DNA from: Candidatus Fraserbacteria bacterium
GTDB lineage: Bacteria; Bipolaricaulota; Bipolaricaulia; RBG-16-55-9; DRXL01
NCBI GenBank assembly: GCA_947085185.1
Contig: CAMTVK010000019.1
Location: 13,892 to 77,891 of the forward strand
Reading direction: 5' to 3'
DNA length: 64,000 nucleotides
The position numbers were made by a program, and so were the translations under genes. The notes under the pieces are model-generated. The model worked only from the letters and a program-made list of their open reading frames with translations. It was not told where the DNA came from and did no database searches. Positions 29,340-38,556 of this stretch are shown piece after piece; position 1 is the stretch's first letter, and each line of letters starts with the position of its first letter.

Positions 29340-30977
29340 ATGACCGCTAAGCCCTGGCTCCGACATTACCCCGACGACATCCCACCCACCCTGAATTATC
29401 CAGAAAAGCCCCTCTATGACTTTCTCGATCGCTCCGCCCTCTCTCACGAGAGAGCGCCAGCACTCATCTTCTTCGGGCAACGGATCAGTTATGGACAGCT
29501 CCGCGAGCTCACCGATCGCTTCGCTGCAGCTCTCGCACAGATCGGAGCCAAGCCCGGCGAAAAGATCTCCCTGATGCTCCCTAACATCCCCCAGTTTGTG
29601 ATCGCGTTCTATGGCGCGCTCAAAGCGGGCCTCACCGTCGTCCAGACGAACCCTCTGTACACCGAAGACGAACTCCTCGTTATATTAAAAGACTCCCAAG
29701 CCGAGACGCTCATCACGCTCGATCGCTTCTATGAAAAAGTCCTGCATGTCCGAGAGCAAACTCATCTCAAGCGCGTCATCGTCACCGGGGTCCAAGAGTT
29801 CTTCCCCGGGTTGCTGCGCTTGGGATATCTCCTCAAAGAGCGCCCGAAGAGAATAAGACCAGCTCCTCCGAACGTCTATCTCTTCTCTGATTTGATTCGC
29901 CATGCCCCAGCGCATCCTCCAGAGATCCCCGTGAAAAGCAGCGATATCGCACTCTTTCAGTACACAGGGGGAACGACGGGGATTCCCAAGGGGGCCATGC
30001 TCACTCATAAGAATCTCGTCGCGAACACGCTGCAAGCGTGCTCGTGGTTCCCTCGCGCCCGACCTGCCCAAGAGACGTGTCTGTGTGTGCTCCCTCTCTT
30101 CCATGTCTACGCCATGACCGTCGCGCTCAATCTCTCTATGGCGCTTGCGGCAGGGCTCATCTTGGTCCCACGCTTCCAGATAGACGAGCTCTTAAAGATC
30201 ATAGATCGTGAACGCCCTACGCTCTTTCCCGGTGCCCCTACGCTCTACGCCGCTATCGCCAACCATCCACGAGTGAAAGACTATCATGTCAGTTCCATCA
30301 AAGCATGCCTCAGCGGTTCCGCCCCGCTCCCGCTGGAAGTCAAACGGCGCTTTGAAGAGCTGACCGGCGCGGCGCTCGTCGAGGGCTACGGGCTTTCAGA
30401 AGCTTCCCCGGTGACCCATTGCAACCCGCTCTATGGGAAGCAAGTGTCAGGGAGCATCGGCATCCCCCTCCCCGATACCGACGCGAAGATCGTCGATCCA
30501 ACTTCGGAGCGCGAGCTGCCCCTTGGAGAGATCGGAGAGCTCGTCGTAAGCGGCCCTCAAGTGATGGCGGGCTATTGGAACCGCCCGGAGGAGACCGCTC
30601 TTGCGCTGCGCGGCGGCTGGCTCCATACGGGCGACCTCGCGCGCATGGACCAAGACGGCTATTTCTATATCGTGGACCGCCTCAAAGAGATGATCATCTG
30701 TTCTGGATTAAAAGTCTATCCCCGCGAGGTCGAAGAGGTCTTATATAAGCATCCCAAGGTGCTCGAAGCTGCGGTCATTGGGGTTCCCGACGCCTATCGC
30801 GGCGAGACCGTCAAGGCGCTCATCGTCCCTAAGCCCGGGACAAACCCAACAGCCGAGGAAATCAAGAGATTCTGCGCTGAGCACCTAGCCAAATATAAAG
30901 TCCCAACGATCGTCGAGTTCCGTGAAGTGCTGCCCAAGAGCATCATTGGGAAGGTTTTAAAGAAAGACCTGCGATGA
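29340..30977 (+). CDS. Long-chain fatty acid--CoA ligase
   Basis: YTGGTTGIPKG, EGYGLSE, TGD, LPKSIIGK. Confidence 0.93.
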   Translation: MTAKPWLRHYPDDIPPTLNYPEKPLYDFLDRSALSHERAPALIFFGQRISYGQLRELTDRFAAALAQIGAKPGEKISLMLPNIPQFVIAFYGALKAGLTVVQTNPLYTEDELLVILKDSQAETLITLDRFYEKVLHVREQTHLKRVIVTGVQEFFPGLLRLGYLLKERPKRIRPAPPNVYLFSDLIRHAPAHPPEIPVKSSDIALFQYTGGTTGIPKGAMLTHKNLVANTLQACSWFPRARPAQETCLCVLPLFHVYAMTVALNLSMALAAGLILVPRFQIDELLKIIDRERPTLFPGAPTLYAAIANHPRVKDYHVSSIKACLSGSAPLPLEVKRRFEELTGAALVEGYGLSEASPVTHCNPLYGKQVSGSIGIPLPDTDAKIVDPTSERELPLGEIGELVVSGPQVMAGYWNRPEETALALRGGWLHTGDLARMDQDGYFYIVDRLKEMIICSGLKVYPREVEEVLYKHPKVLEAAVIGVPDAYRGETVKALIVPKPGTNPTAEEIKRFCAEHLAKYKVPTIVEFREVLPKSIIGKVLKKDLR

Positions 30978-31609
30978 ACTGCGGCGATATCTCTCTGTGC
31001 TTTGCTGTTGCGGCTTCTCAGAGCTCGCTGAACTGGCTCACCCCACAAGAGATGCGCGCTCTGGAGCGGATCACATCCGAGCAGCATCGCCGGGACTGGC
31101 TTGCCGGACGGAAAGCCGCCAAAGAGCTTCTTCGACGATACTTTCTCTCAACAGGGCTTGCACTTAATGCAGCTCAGATCGAGATTGCCAATGACGAGCA
31201 CGGGGCCCCCTATCTTGTGAGCCCTTCTCCAGCTCCTCTCATCTCGATCGCGCACAGCGCCGGACATGGCTTCGCCGGCCTGTGCGCGCACCGTTCTATC
31301 GGAGTAGATCTCCAACAAATACGCCCAGTGCGCCCCACACTCCAAGAGCGCGTGCTCGCTGAGCACGAGCACAAGCAGCTCGCGGGCGCTAAGAGCAAAG
31401 AAGCAGAAAGAGAAGGGATACTCGTCTTCTGGGCGCTCAAGGAAGCGACCATCAAAGCTCAAAGAACTCGTCCTGCCCCAGCGTTCCGCGAGATCCTCGT
31501 GACCCTGACAACACCAGGGCACGCAGAGATCTCTTGGCGATCCCAGAGATTCACAGCCCAGTGGGGCCGCTGGAGAGGGTTCATCTGGGCCTGGGTCTCT
31601 AACTGTTGA
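30974..31609 (+). CDS. 4'-phosphopantetheinyl transferase (Sfp-like)
   Basis: GAP, SIAHS, IGVDLQ, FWALKEATIKA; ATGA overlap with ligase. Confidence 0.85.
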   Translation: MNCGDISLCFAVAASQSSLNWLTPQEMRALERITSEQHRRDWLAGRKAAKELLRRYFLSTGLALNAAQIEIANDEHGAPYLVSPSPAPLISIAHSAGHGFAGLCAHRSIGVDLQQIRPVRPTLQERVLAEHEHKQLAGAKSKEAEREGILVFWALKEATIKAQRTRPAPAFREILVTLTTPGHAEISWRSQRFTAQWGRWRGFIWAWVSNC

Positions 31610-33953
31610 GCTCGACGATCGTCACGCCGTCGCCGCCTTGGGTGGGCGGGGCAGACTCAAAGCTCTTCACGATGGGCAGGGTTGCCAAGTGCTTGCGAAT
31701 CTCTTTGCGCAAGATGCCAGCGCCCTTGCCATGCACGATATACCCGCGCGTCAGCCCCGCTAACACTAAGCGATCTAAATAGAGATCGAGCTCCCGGAGG
31801 GCTTCACTGACGGTCATGCCCCGCACGTTCAATTCTAATGCCGGAGCTGAAGCCACATCGAAATGCACCGAGATCGTGCGCCGCTCCGCCTCGCTCATCT
31901 GAGCGCGAGTTGGTTGGACCAAATCCGAGAGCTTGGCCCACAAGCGCAGCCCGCCCACATCCACTTCGATGCGTTCCGCAGCGACGATCTTTCGCACGAC
32001 GCCGATCTTCTTAGACCCACGAAATTGCACAGGCAGCCCCTTCCGAAGCTGCTCCAAAGGGATAGGAACATCAGCGGGCTCTTGGCGGAGCTGCTGCCCT
32101 GCCTCAGCCAGACGACTGCCTAGCTCTTGGACTTCCTTGAGCTTTGCGCGCAGGCGTTCTTCATCGGCGCGCTGCTTGGCAATGTGTAAAGCCTCTTCTA
32201 AAGCCCCCCGCGCTTGTTTCAAGAGGTGCTCCAGACGGCGAAGCTCGTGAGTTAGGGCTTCTTCTTTGCGGCGGCGCAGTTCCTCAAGTTTTTGGGTATA
32301 CTCGGCTTTGAGCTCTTCCAATTCGTGGGCACGCTGGCTTATCGCGAGCCGTTCGTGCGCGAGCTCGCTGCGCTCCTGCTGAAGCTTCTGAAGAACATCC
32401 TCGACCCGCACTTGCCCTTCGGTCAAGTGCGTCTTCGCCAGAGCTACAACGTGCGGCGGCACCCCAAGGCGCTCCGCAATGATGAACGCATTGCTTGCGC
32501 CCACCCCTTCAACGATCTTATACGTGGGCGAAAGCGTCTCAATATCGAATGCGACAGAACAAGTCTTTAGCTTCGGATGCTGATATGCGAAGTGCTTGAT
32601 CGCGCTCAAATGCGTCGTAACGATAAGCTTGGCGTTGGAATCGAGCAATGTCTGTAGGAGCGCGATCCCCAAGGCTGCGCCCTCCGTAGGATCGGTGCCC
32701 GCACCAAGCTCGTCAATGAGCACCAAAGTCTGGGGATCTGCCTCGCGCAAGATCTCAACGAGATTTTTCATATGGGCAGAGAATGTACTGAGATTCTGCT
32801 GGATGGACTGCTCATCGCCGATGTCTGTAAAAATCTTCTGAAAGAGCACGATTGTGCTCTCAGGGGCAGCGGGAATGGGAATCCCCGATTGCGCCATGAG
32901 CGTCAGCAGCCCGACGGTCTTGAGCGAGACGGTCTTGCCGCCGGTGTTGGGCCCGGTGATGACCATCCCCTGGAAGGGTGCTCCCAGACGGATATCAATG
33001 GGCACAACGGCCGTCTGATCGAGCAAGGGATGGCGCGCCTCAATCAAGTGCAGGGGGCCATCTTGGGTGATCGTGGGACGGGAGCACCGCAAGTGCAGAG
33101 CAAACTGTGCTTTCGCGTAGAGCACATCAAAGTACGCTAAGATTTTGAGGGTCTCTTCGATCTTGCGGGTTTCGGCTTGCAGTTTTTTGGTGAGCTCGCG
33201 CATGATGGCAAGCTGTTCGTCGCGGATCTCCCCGTCCAGCTCACGGATCTCATTGTTCTCAGCGACGACAGAAGTCGGCTCGACGTAGAGCGTCTGTCCA
33301 GAGTCCGAGCTGTCATGCACCACTGCATCGAGCTCATAGCGAGCATTGCTCTTGATGGGGATGACGAACCGTCCGGAGCGCCGCGTGACCACGCTATCTT
33401 GTAATACCCCAGACCATTGCCCAGACTGAATGAGAGCTTGCAACCGACGCTGGACTCGCTCTTCTAGGGTGCGCCTTCGGCTGGTCAATTCGCGTAAGCG
33501 TGGTGAAGCGCTGTCGCGGACTTGGCCGTCGTCATCAAAGACTCTTACGATATTCTCTTCCAGCTCGCGGAAGACGTGTATCCGTTCGCCAAGCTCGCGC
33601 ACCTGCGGATAGTCGTCGAGGCGCATCAAGCGCTCGCGGAGGGTGCGTGCCTGACTGATAGCTTGATGGAGAGCGAGAAACTCTTCACCGCTCAGCGCAA
33701 CTGTCTGATGGGCATGGTGTAAGATAGGGCGGATATCCGGCAGTGGGCCAAGTGAGAGATCCGTGGCAAGCAATGCCTCTCGCAGCTCCTCGACGCGGTC
33801 CAGCTCCCGCTGCACCGTGGACAAGTCCGCGGATGGCCGCAAGTTCTCAATGAGCTCGCGCCCCACTTCCGAGCACGCAAAGCTCTTCAGAATCTCCTTG
33901 AGTCTCTCGTACTCCAGATCTTTGAAAGTCTTGGCGCTGGTAACGATGTTCAC
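31599..33953 (-). CDS. mutS2: Endonuclease MutS2
   Basis: ITGPNTGGKT, DIGDEQSI, DELGAGTDP, C-terminal Smr (HGKGAGILR). Confidence 0.95.
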   Translation of the reverse strand: MNIVTSAKTFKDLEYERLKEILKSFACSEVGRELIENLRPSADLSTVQRELDRVEELREALLATDLSLGPLPDIRPILHHAHQTVALSGEEFLALHQAISQARTLRERLMRLDDYPQVRELGERIHVFRELEENIVRVFDDDGQVRDSASPRLRELTSRRRTLEERVQRRLQALIQSGQWSGVLQDSVVTRRSGRFVIPIKSNARYELDAVVHDSSDSGQTLYVEPTSVVAENNEIRELDGEIRDEQLAIMRELTKKLQAETRKIEETLKILAYFDVLYAKAQFALHLRCSRPTITQDGPLHLIEARHPLLDQTAVVPIDIRLGAPFQGMVITGPNTGGKTVSLKTVGLLTLMAQSGIPIPAAPESTIVLFQKIFTDIGDEQSIQQNLSTFSAHMKNLVEILREADPQTLVLIDELGAGTDPTEGAALGIALLQTLLDSNAKLIVTTHLSAIKHFAYQHPKLKTCSVAFDIETLSPTYKIVEGVGASNAFIIAERLGVPPHVVALAKTHLTEGQVRVEDVLQKLQQERSELAHERLAISQRAHELEELKAEYTQKLEELRRRKEEALTHELRRLEHLLKQARGALEEALHIAKQRADEERLRAKLKEVQELGSRLAEAGQQLRQEPADVPIPLEQLRKGLPVQFRGSKKIGVVRKIVAAERIEVDVGGLRLWAKLSDLVQPTRAQMSEAERRTISVHFDVASAPALELNVRGMTVSEALRELDLYLDRLVLAGLTRGYIVHGKGAGILRKEIRKHLATLPIVKSFESAPPTQGGDGVTIVELNS

Positions 33954-34702
33954 TTCAGGAGTCCTACGGTCAAGCCACCATCAACGATAATGCTCTGTCC
34001 ACGGATCATTTCGGCGTCGTCGCTGCAGAGAAATGCCACGACTTTGGCGATATCTTCGGGTTTGACCATCCGTCCTGCGGGGGTCAGCCGCGCGATGCGC
34101 TCTTTCTCGTCTTGGGGCATCATGTGGCTGAAGCCCGTCTCGTCCACAAGTCCTCCGCAGACGGCGTTCACCGCAATCTTAGGAGCAAGCTCGACGGCAT
34201 AGCTGCGCGTGAGCGACTCAATCGCGGCTTTGGCCGCACCAAGCGCTCCGTAGTTGGGCAGATATGTGATGCTCCCTAAGCTCGTAATATTGATAATGGC
34301 ACCCTGAGTCATCAGGGGAACCGTGTGCTTGATGCAGAGATTGATCGCTCTGAGATTGACGTCCCAGACGTGCTCCCAGTGCTTCTCTTCTAACTGTAAC
34401 AAGGGGCGAAAGACCGCGGAAGCCGCGTTGTTCACCAAGATATCGAGCTTGCCAAACTCACTCTGAATCGCGGAGAACATCTGGGCGACGTCGTGTGGAT
34501 CGGCGACGTCGGCTTTGATGACCAACGTGCGTCTGCCCAACTGAGTGAGCTCATGGGCGACGGCTTCGGCCTGGGCGCGGGTGCTGTTGCGCCGATGATT
34601 CAAGACAACGTCAGCGCCGCGACGGCCAAGCTCAAGCGCAATAGCTCGACCGATCCCGCGGCTCGACCCTGTGACCAGCGCGACTTTTCCCTGCAAATCC
34701 AT
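33950..34702 (-). CDS. SDR oxidoreductase, FabL-like enoyl-ACP reductase
   Basis: TGSSRGIG, NNAASAVFRP, SLGS...NYGALGAAKAA. Confidence 0.8.
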   Translation of the reverse strand: MDLQGKVALVTGSSRGIGRAIALELGRRGADVVLNHRRNSTRAQAEAVAHELTQLGRRTLVIKADVADPHDVAQMFSAIQSEFGKLDILVNNAASAVFRPLLQLEEKHWEHVWDVNLRAINLCIKHTVPLMTQGAIINITSLGSITYLPNYGALGAAKAAIESLTRSYAVELAPKIAVNAVCGGLVDETGFSHMMPQDEKERIARLTPAGRMVKPEDIAKVVAFLCSDDAEMIRGQSIIVDGGLTVGLLK

Positions 34703-34832
34703 GCCCACGCAAGCATAAAGCATCTCGAGAAGCTTTGCAACTTGACGGATGCTCTTCTATCTGATAAGATTACAAGGCTCATTTCAGCACCTAACCGTCT
34801 GGATGAAGCACTCATAACAAGGAGTGATACCC

Positions 34833-36143
34833 ATGAAGCGCGTCATTATTATGGGCGCCGCCGGGCGCGATTTCCATAACTTCAACGTGTACTTCCGCGA
34901 TAACCCTAACTATAAAGTCGTCGCCTTCACTGCCACGCAAATCCCCGATATTGACGAGCGCCGCTACCCTGCTAAACTCGCAGGCAAACTCTACCCCAAA
35001 GGCATCCCCATCGAATCCGAAGAGCATTTAAGAGCACTGATAGCCGAACACGACGTCGATCTTGTGGTCTTCTCGTATAGTGATGTCTCTCATCAGTACG
35101 TGATGGAACGGGCGAGCTGGGCCATGGCCGCCGGCGCAGATTTTATGCTCCTTGGCCCCAAATCAACCCAGCTGCACTCTAAAAAGCCCGTGATCTCCGT
35201 GACAGCTGTGCGCACCGGCTCGGGCAAAAGCCAAACCACCCGACGCGTCACAGATATCTTACGCAAGCACGGCAAACGGGTCGTGGTGGTGCGCCATCCC
35301 ATGCCCTACGGCGATCTGGTCAAGCAAGAATGCCAGCGCTTCGCAAGTTTTAAAGACTTAGATCGATACGAGTGCACTATTGAGGAGCGCGAGGAGTACG
35401 AGCCCCATCTGACCCGGGGCACAGTCGTCTACGCCGGCGTAGATTACGAGAAGATTCTGCGCATGGCCGAGCGCGAAGCCGACGTGATCGTCTGGGACGG
35501 GGGGAACAACGACTTCTCGTTCTTCGTGCCCGATCTCACGATCGTCGTCGCTGATCCGTTGCGCGCGGGGCACGAAGTCAGCTATTACCCTGGGCATATC
35601 AATCTCTTGTTGGCTGACGTCGTGGTCATCAACAAAGTAGACACGGCCGCGCGCGCTGAGGTAGAACGGGTGCGCGAGAACATCCGGAAGTTCAATCCCA
35701 CCGCGAAGATCGTTGAAGCAGCTTCCCCGATCTTCGTGGAGGATCCTTCGATTATTGAGGGCAAGCGCGTCTTGGCCATCGAAGATGGGCCGACGCTCAC
35801 CCACGGCGAGATGGCCTACGGCGCGGCCACGCTCGCCGCTGAAAAGTACGGCGCCACAGAGCTCGTTGACCCCAGACCCCATGCCGTCAATTCTATTGCT
35901 GAAACGTTCAAGAAGTACCCCCATATCGGAAAGCTTCTCCCCGCCATGGGCTACGGCGATGAACAGATTAAAGACTTAGCGAAGACGATCAAGCGCACGG
36001 ACTGCGATGCCGTCATCATTGGCACTCCCATCGATCTGAAGAGACTGATAAAATTTGATGTGCCCACGACGCGCGTGCTCTATGAGTTGCAAGAGATCGG
36101 CCATCCCACGCTCGAAGAAGTTCTCAAACCCTTGATAGACTGA
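34833..36143 (+). CDS. cDPGS-related P-loop ligase, probable arginine synthetase (ArcE-type)
   Basis: GAAGRDFHNFN, VRTGSGKSQT, RHPMPYG, TIEEREEYE, WDGGNND, EDGPTLTHG. Confidence 0.8.
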   Translation: MKRVIIMGAAGRDFHNFNVYFRDNPNYKVVAFTATQIPDIDERRYPAKLAGKLYPKGIPIESEEHLRALIAEHDVDLVVFSYSDVSHQYVMERASWAMAAGADFMLLGPKSTQLHSKKPVISVTAVRTGSGKSQTTRRVTDILRKHGKRVVVVRHPMPYGDLVKQECQRFASFKDLDRYECTIEEREEYEPHLTRGTVVYAGVDYEKILRMAEREADVIVWDGGNNDFSFFVPDLTIVVADPLRAGHEVSYYPGHINLLLADVVVINKVDTAARAEVERVRENIRKFNPTAKIVEAASPIFVEDPSIIEGKRVLAIEDGPTLTHGEMAYGAATLAAEKYGATELVDPRPHAVNSIAETFKKYPHIGKLLPAMGYGDEQIKDLAKTIKRTDCDAVIIGTPIDLKRLIKFDVPTTRVLYELQEIGHPTLEEVLKPLID

Positions 36144-36235
36144 GACAACGGTCACCCTACGATCAGACCGAAGATCGATCTCCCCTGCACGGGCTTCCTT
36201 GGCAGCGCGAGCAGAACTGCCTAGAGTTATCGTGT

Positions 36236-37309
36236 ATGAATCAGCTACGACGAAGCGTCGCGTGCGGGGTCTTGGTGCTCTCGTTCAGCATGCTCAGCAT
36301 TGCTTCTTGGGAACAGATCGCACTGGGGCAATCTGTCTTAGGGCGTTTCATGAGCGCGCTGAGTTTTAACAACGTCGCGCCCTACTTTTTGAATGCTGAA
36401 TTTCGCATTCTCTCTCGAATCAGCGTCGCCGAGGCTGCCTTCGCGACCGATACCAAGTTCGACATCACTCTCTTGCGCTGGCAGAAATTCATCGCGTCGG
36501 TGGGCGTCAATCCGCTGTCGGCGCGCAATCGCCTGACGTTCGTCAACGGATTTACGTTTGATAAGAACGAACTGGTCGCAGCGTTGAGCTTTGGCGGGGT
36601 CTCTATTGGCGTTGAGCTCATCCTCAAAAATCAAAGTCCCTCACTCGAAGTTGGGCTGGTCGTCGAAGCCGCAGCGAAGACGGAATGGTTCACGATCGCC
36701 AGTTACACCGGCTTTGGCGTCACCCAAGTCGTCGAAGACTTGGATGTAGATCAGCTGCCTATCGTGAACGAGCCCTTCGGCTTTGAACCGAGAATTGTGA
36801 AGCTGGACACGTTCAGCGAGCGCGAGCCCGACCGCGTCGTCACCGCGCCGTTTCTCTTCACTGAAGAGATCGTGGCTGCGGAATTTTATGCTCTCGATAT
36901 AGCTTCTCTGAGCGTGATGACGCTCTTTACGCCGGGGGGGTTAAGAAAGCTCATCCCTGCGCTCGCGGTGAAAGTGAACGCTCCGGCCGCGGACCTGCGC
37001 TTGCGCATGACGGTCAGCTCGACGTTCGAGTTCGTCCCGCCCGCTGTGTTCTTGACGTTCTTGCCCGTTGAGCTTCACCTGCAGTGGAGCTTCTTCCGGT
37101 GGCGCAGCTTCACGCTCTTGGCTGATCCAGCTCCTCCAGGCCCTCCCAATGGGGTATTCTCCTTCCGACGGCAAGTCTTCCAATCGCTCTTTGAGCTTGC
37201 GTTCTTCCGGGCGTTCACGGAGATCTGCTTTGGGCCGGACTGTCCTGGAGGCTCGGGGCTAGAGTGGCGCTTTGGGGTCGAGCTGCGCTTCCTCTTCGGC
37301 GGCCCATAA
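36236..37309 (+). CDS. Hypothetical exported beta-rich protein (outer-membrane barrel-like)
   Basis: Signal peptide, alternating aromatic/hydrophobic strands, near-terminal WRFGVELRF. Confidence 0.55.
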   Translation: MNQLRRSVACGVLVLSFSMLSIASWEQIALGQSVLGRFMSALSFNNVAPYFLNAEFRILSRISVAEAAFATDTKFDITLLRWQKFIASVGVNPLSARNRLTFVNGFTFDKNELVAALSFGGVSIGVELILKNQSPSLEVGLVVEAAAKTEWFTIASYTGFGVTQVVEDLDVDQLPIVNEPFGFEPRIVKLDTFSEREPDRVVTAPFLFTEEIVAAEFYALDIASLSVMTLFTPGGLRKLIPALAVKVNAPAADLRLRMTVSSTFEFVPPAVFLTFLPVELHLQWSFFRWRSFTLLADPAPPGPPNGVFSFRRQVFQSLFELAFFRAFTEICFGPDCPGGSGLEWRFGVELRFLFGGP

Positions 37310-37393
37310 CGAAAACGCCCCATCCTACAAGCTCCATACATACAATGTAACGTCCATCACAGGTGCTCAAAGCGATATCGATATTCTCCCATC

Positions 37394-37422
37394 TTGACAA
37401 TGTGATTTTATTATGTTATAGT
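37394..37422 (+). promoter_or_regulatory. sigma70 promoter feeding the riboswitch leader
   Basis: TTGACA-N17-TATAGT with extended -10 TG. Confidence 0.8.
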
Positions 37423-37472
37423 TATTATGTCTCTGAAAGGAGGTGCAGGAGCGCAGCCCAAAGACAAAGACA

Positions 37473-37567
37473 GTCCTGACAAAGGCAAACCGCGCGAAAG
37501 CGCGGGACGCAAAGCCACAGGCCTACGACAGTGCACACTGTTATCGGCGGCTGGGCTGCCAAAGGAC
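37473..37567 (+). ncRNA. Cyclic di-GMP-I (GEMM) riboswitch
   Basis: GGCAAACCGCGC-GAAA-GCGCGGGACGCAAAGCCACAGGCCTA...GGCTGGGCTGCC; P1 gtcct/aggac; G at the ligand-discriminating position before GCAAACC. Confidence 0.93.
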
Positions 37568-37568
37568 C

Positions 37569-38087
37569 ATGAAGAAGATGCTTGTGCTCGCTGCAGTGGT
37601 AAGCTTAGGTAGTCTGGTTTTCAGCTTGGAAAGCTCCTCGCAGGGCTCAACGAGCGCAGTGGTAACCTTTCGCATTGCGCCCTCGATGAGTCTCTCTATC
37701 TTGGGCGAGAGCACCTCTGGGAACAGCGTGGTCTCGATCTACACGATGCCGCGCCCAACTGCCCAAGAGCGTCAGGCGGGGTTTCTCGAGCGCCTCAACG
37801 CTCTCACGCTGATAGCTCGCAGCAACGTACCGTGGGCCCTGCGCGTCCGCGCTCAAGAGCCCGAGATGGGGATCAGCGATGACGGCACGTATCATAAGCC
37901 CGTCAGCGATTTTGAGGTGCGCGCATCCAGAGGAGCATATCTCCCTGTGGCCCTGTCCGATCAGCTCCTCACCCGCGGCAGCCCCGGGGAACATCCTCTC
38001 AGCATAGACTATAGAATACGCTTAGGGCCGGAACACCGCGATGGCACCTACTCCATTACGCTGATCTATACTCTGGTCTCCCAGTAA
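37569..38087 (+). CDS. Secreted Ig-like putative fimbrial subunit
   Basis: MKKMLVL signal peptide; RSNVPWALRV; IDYRI; terminal GTYSITLIYTL strand as in Csu/WxL-like subunits. Confidence 0.65.
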   Translation: MKKMLVLAAVVSLGSLVFSLESSSQGSTSAVVTFRIAPSMSLSILGESTSGNSVVSIYTMPRPTAQERQAGFLERLNALTLIARSNVPWALRVRAQEPEMGISDDGTYHKPVSDFEVRASRGAYLPVALSDQLLTRGSPGEHPLSIDYRIRLGPEHRDGTYSITLIYTLVSQ

Positions 38088-38152
38088 CCCCAGCACTTCT
38101 CGAGAGGCTTTCCCCTGCCAGAGGCCATCCCTTGGTATATCGTGTTTTCACC

Positions 38153-38181
38153 TTGACAGAGGTCTCAAGTTCGTGTATAGT
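38153..38181 (+). promoter_or_regulatory. Internal sigma70 promoter
   Basis: TTGACA-N17-TATAGT. Confidence 0.75.
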
Positions 38182-38218
38182 ATATTATAGCACTCAACAG
38201 AGAAGGAGGAAGAAAGCC

Positions 38219-38542
38219 ATGCAATTGACGATCTACTACACCAAGGATGATCTCTATCTTATCAAACAGGTTGAAGCGAAAGCCGAGCGAGAGCGGCGGA
38301 GCAAGAGCTCGGTCATCCTCTCTATCGTCGAAGAGTACTTCGCTCGCAAGAAGAAGCTGGGTGAGATCCTGTGCGATCTAGGAAAGCTCACCCCGGAGAA
38401 GCTCAATCAAGCCATCGAGATCCAGAAGAAAGAAGGGGGCACGCGGACGCTCGGCGAGATCTTGCTCTCCAAGAAGTGGATCACCGAGCACGATCTCATG
38501 CGAGCGCTGATGCTCCAGGGCAAAGCGAAAGATCTCGAATAA
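38219..38542 (+). CDS. Ribbon-helix-helix plus MshEN (c-di-GMP-binding) fusion protein
   Basis: MQLTIYY...RSKSSVILSIVEEYF (RHH-like) then KLGEILCDLGKLTPEKLNQAIEIQ and TLGEILLSKKWITEHDLMRALMLQ; AAGGAGG RBS. Confidence 0.8.
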   Translation: MQLTIYYTKDDLYLIKQVEAKAERERRSKSSVILSIVEEYFARKKKLGEILCDLGKLTPEKLNQAIEIQKKEGGTRTLGEILLSKKWITEHDLMRALMLQGKAKDLE

Positions 38543-38556
38543 TCGAATAACTCTCT

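Noticed and set aside
29340-31609. Acyl-CoA ligase plus PPTase as an NRPS/PKS cluster
   Set aside because: No carrier protein, condensation or ketosynthase gene nearby
37473-37567. 3'3'-cGAMP-specific GEMM-Ib variant
   Set aside because: The discriminating position reads G (GGCAAACC), consistent with c-di-GMP
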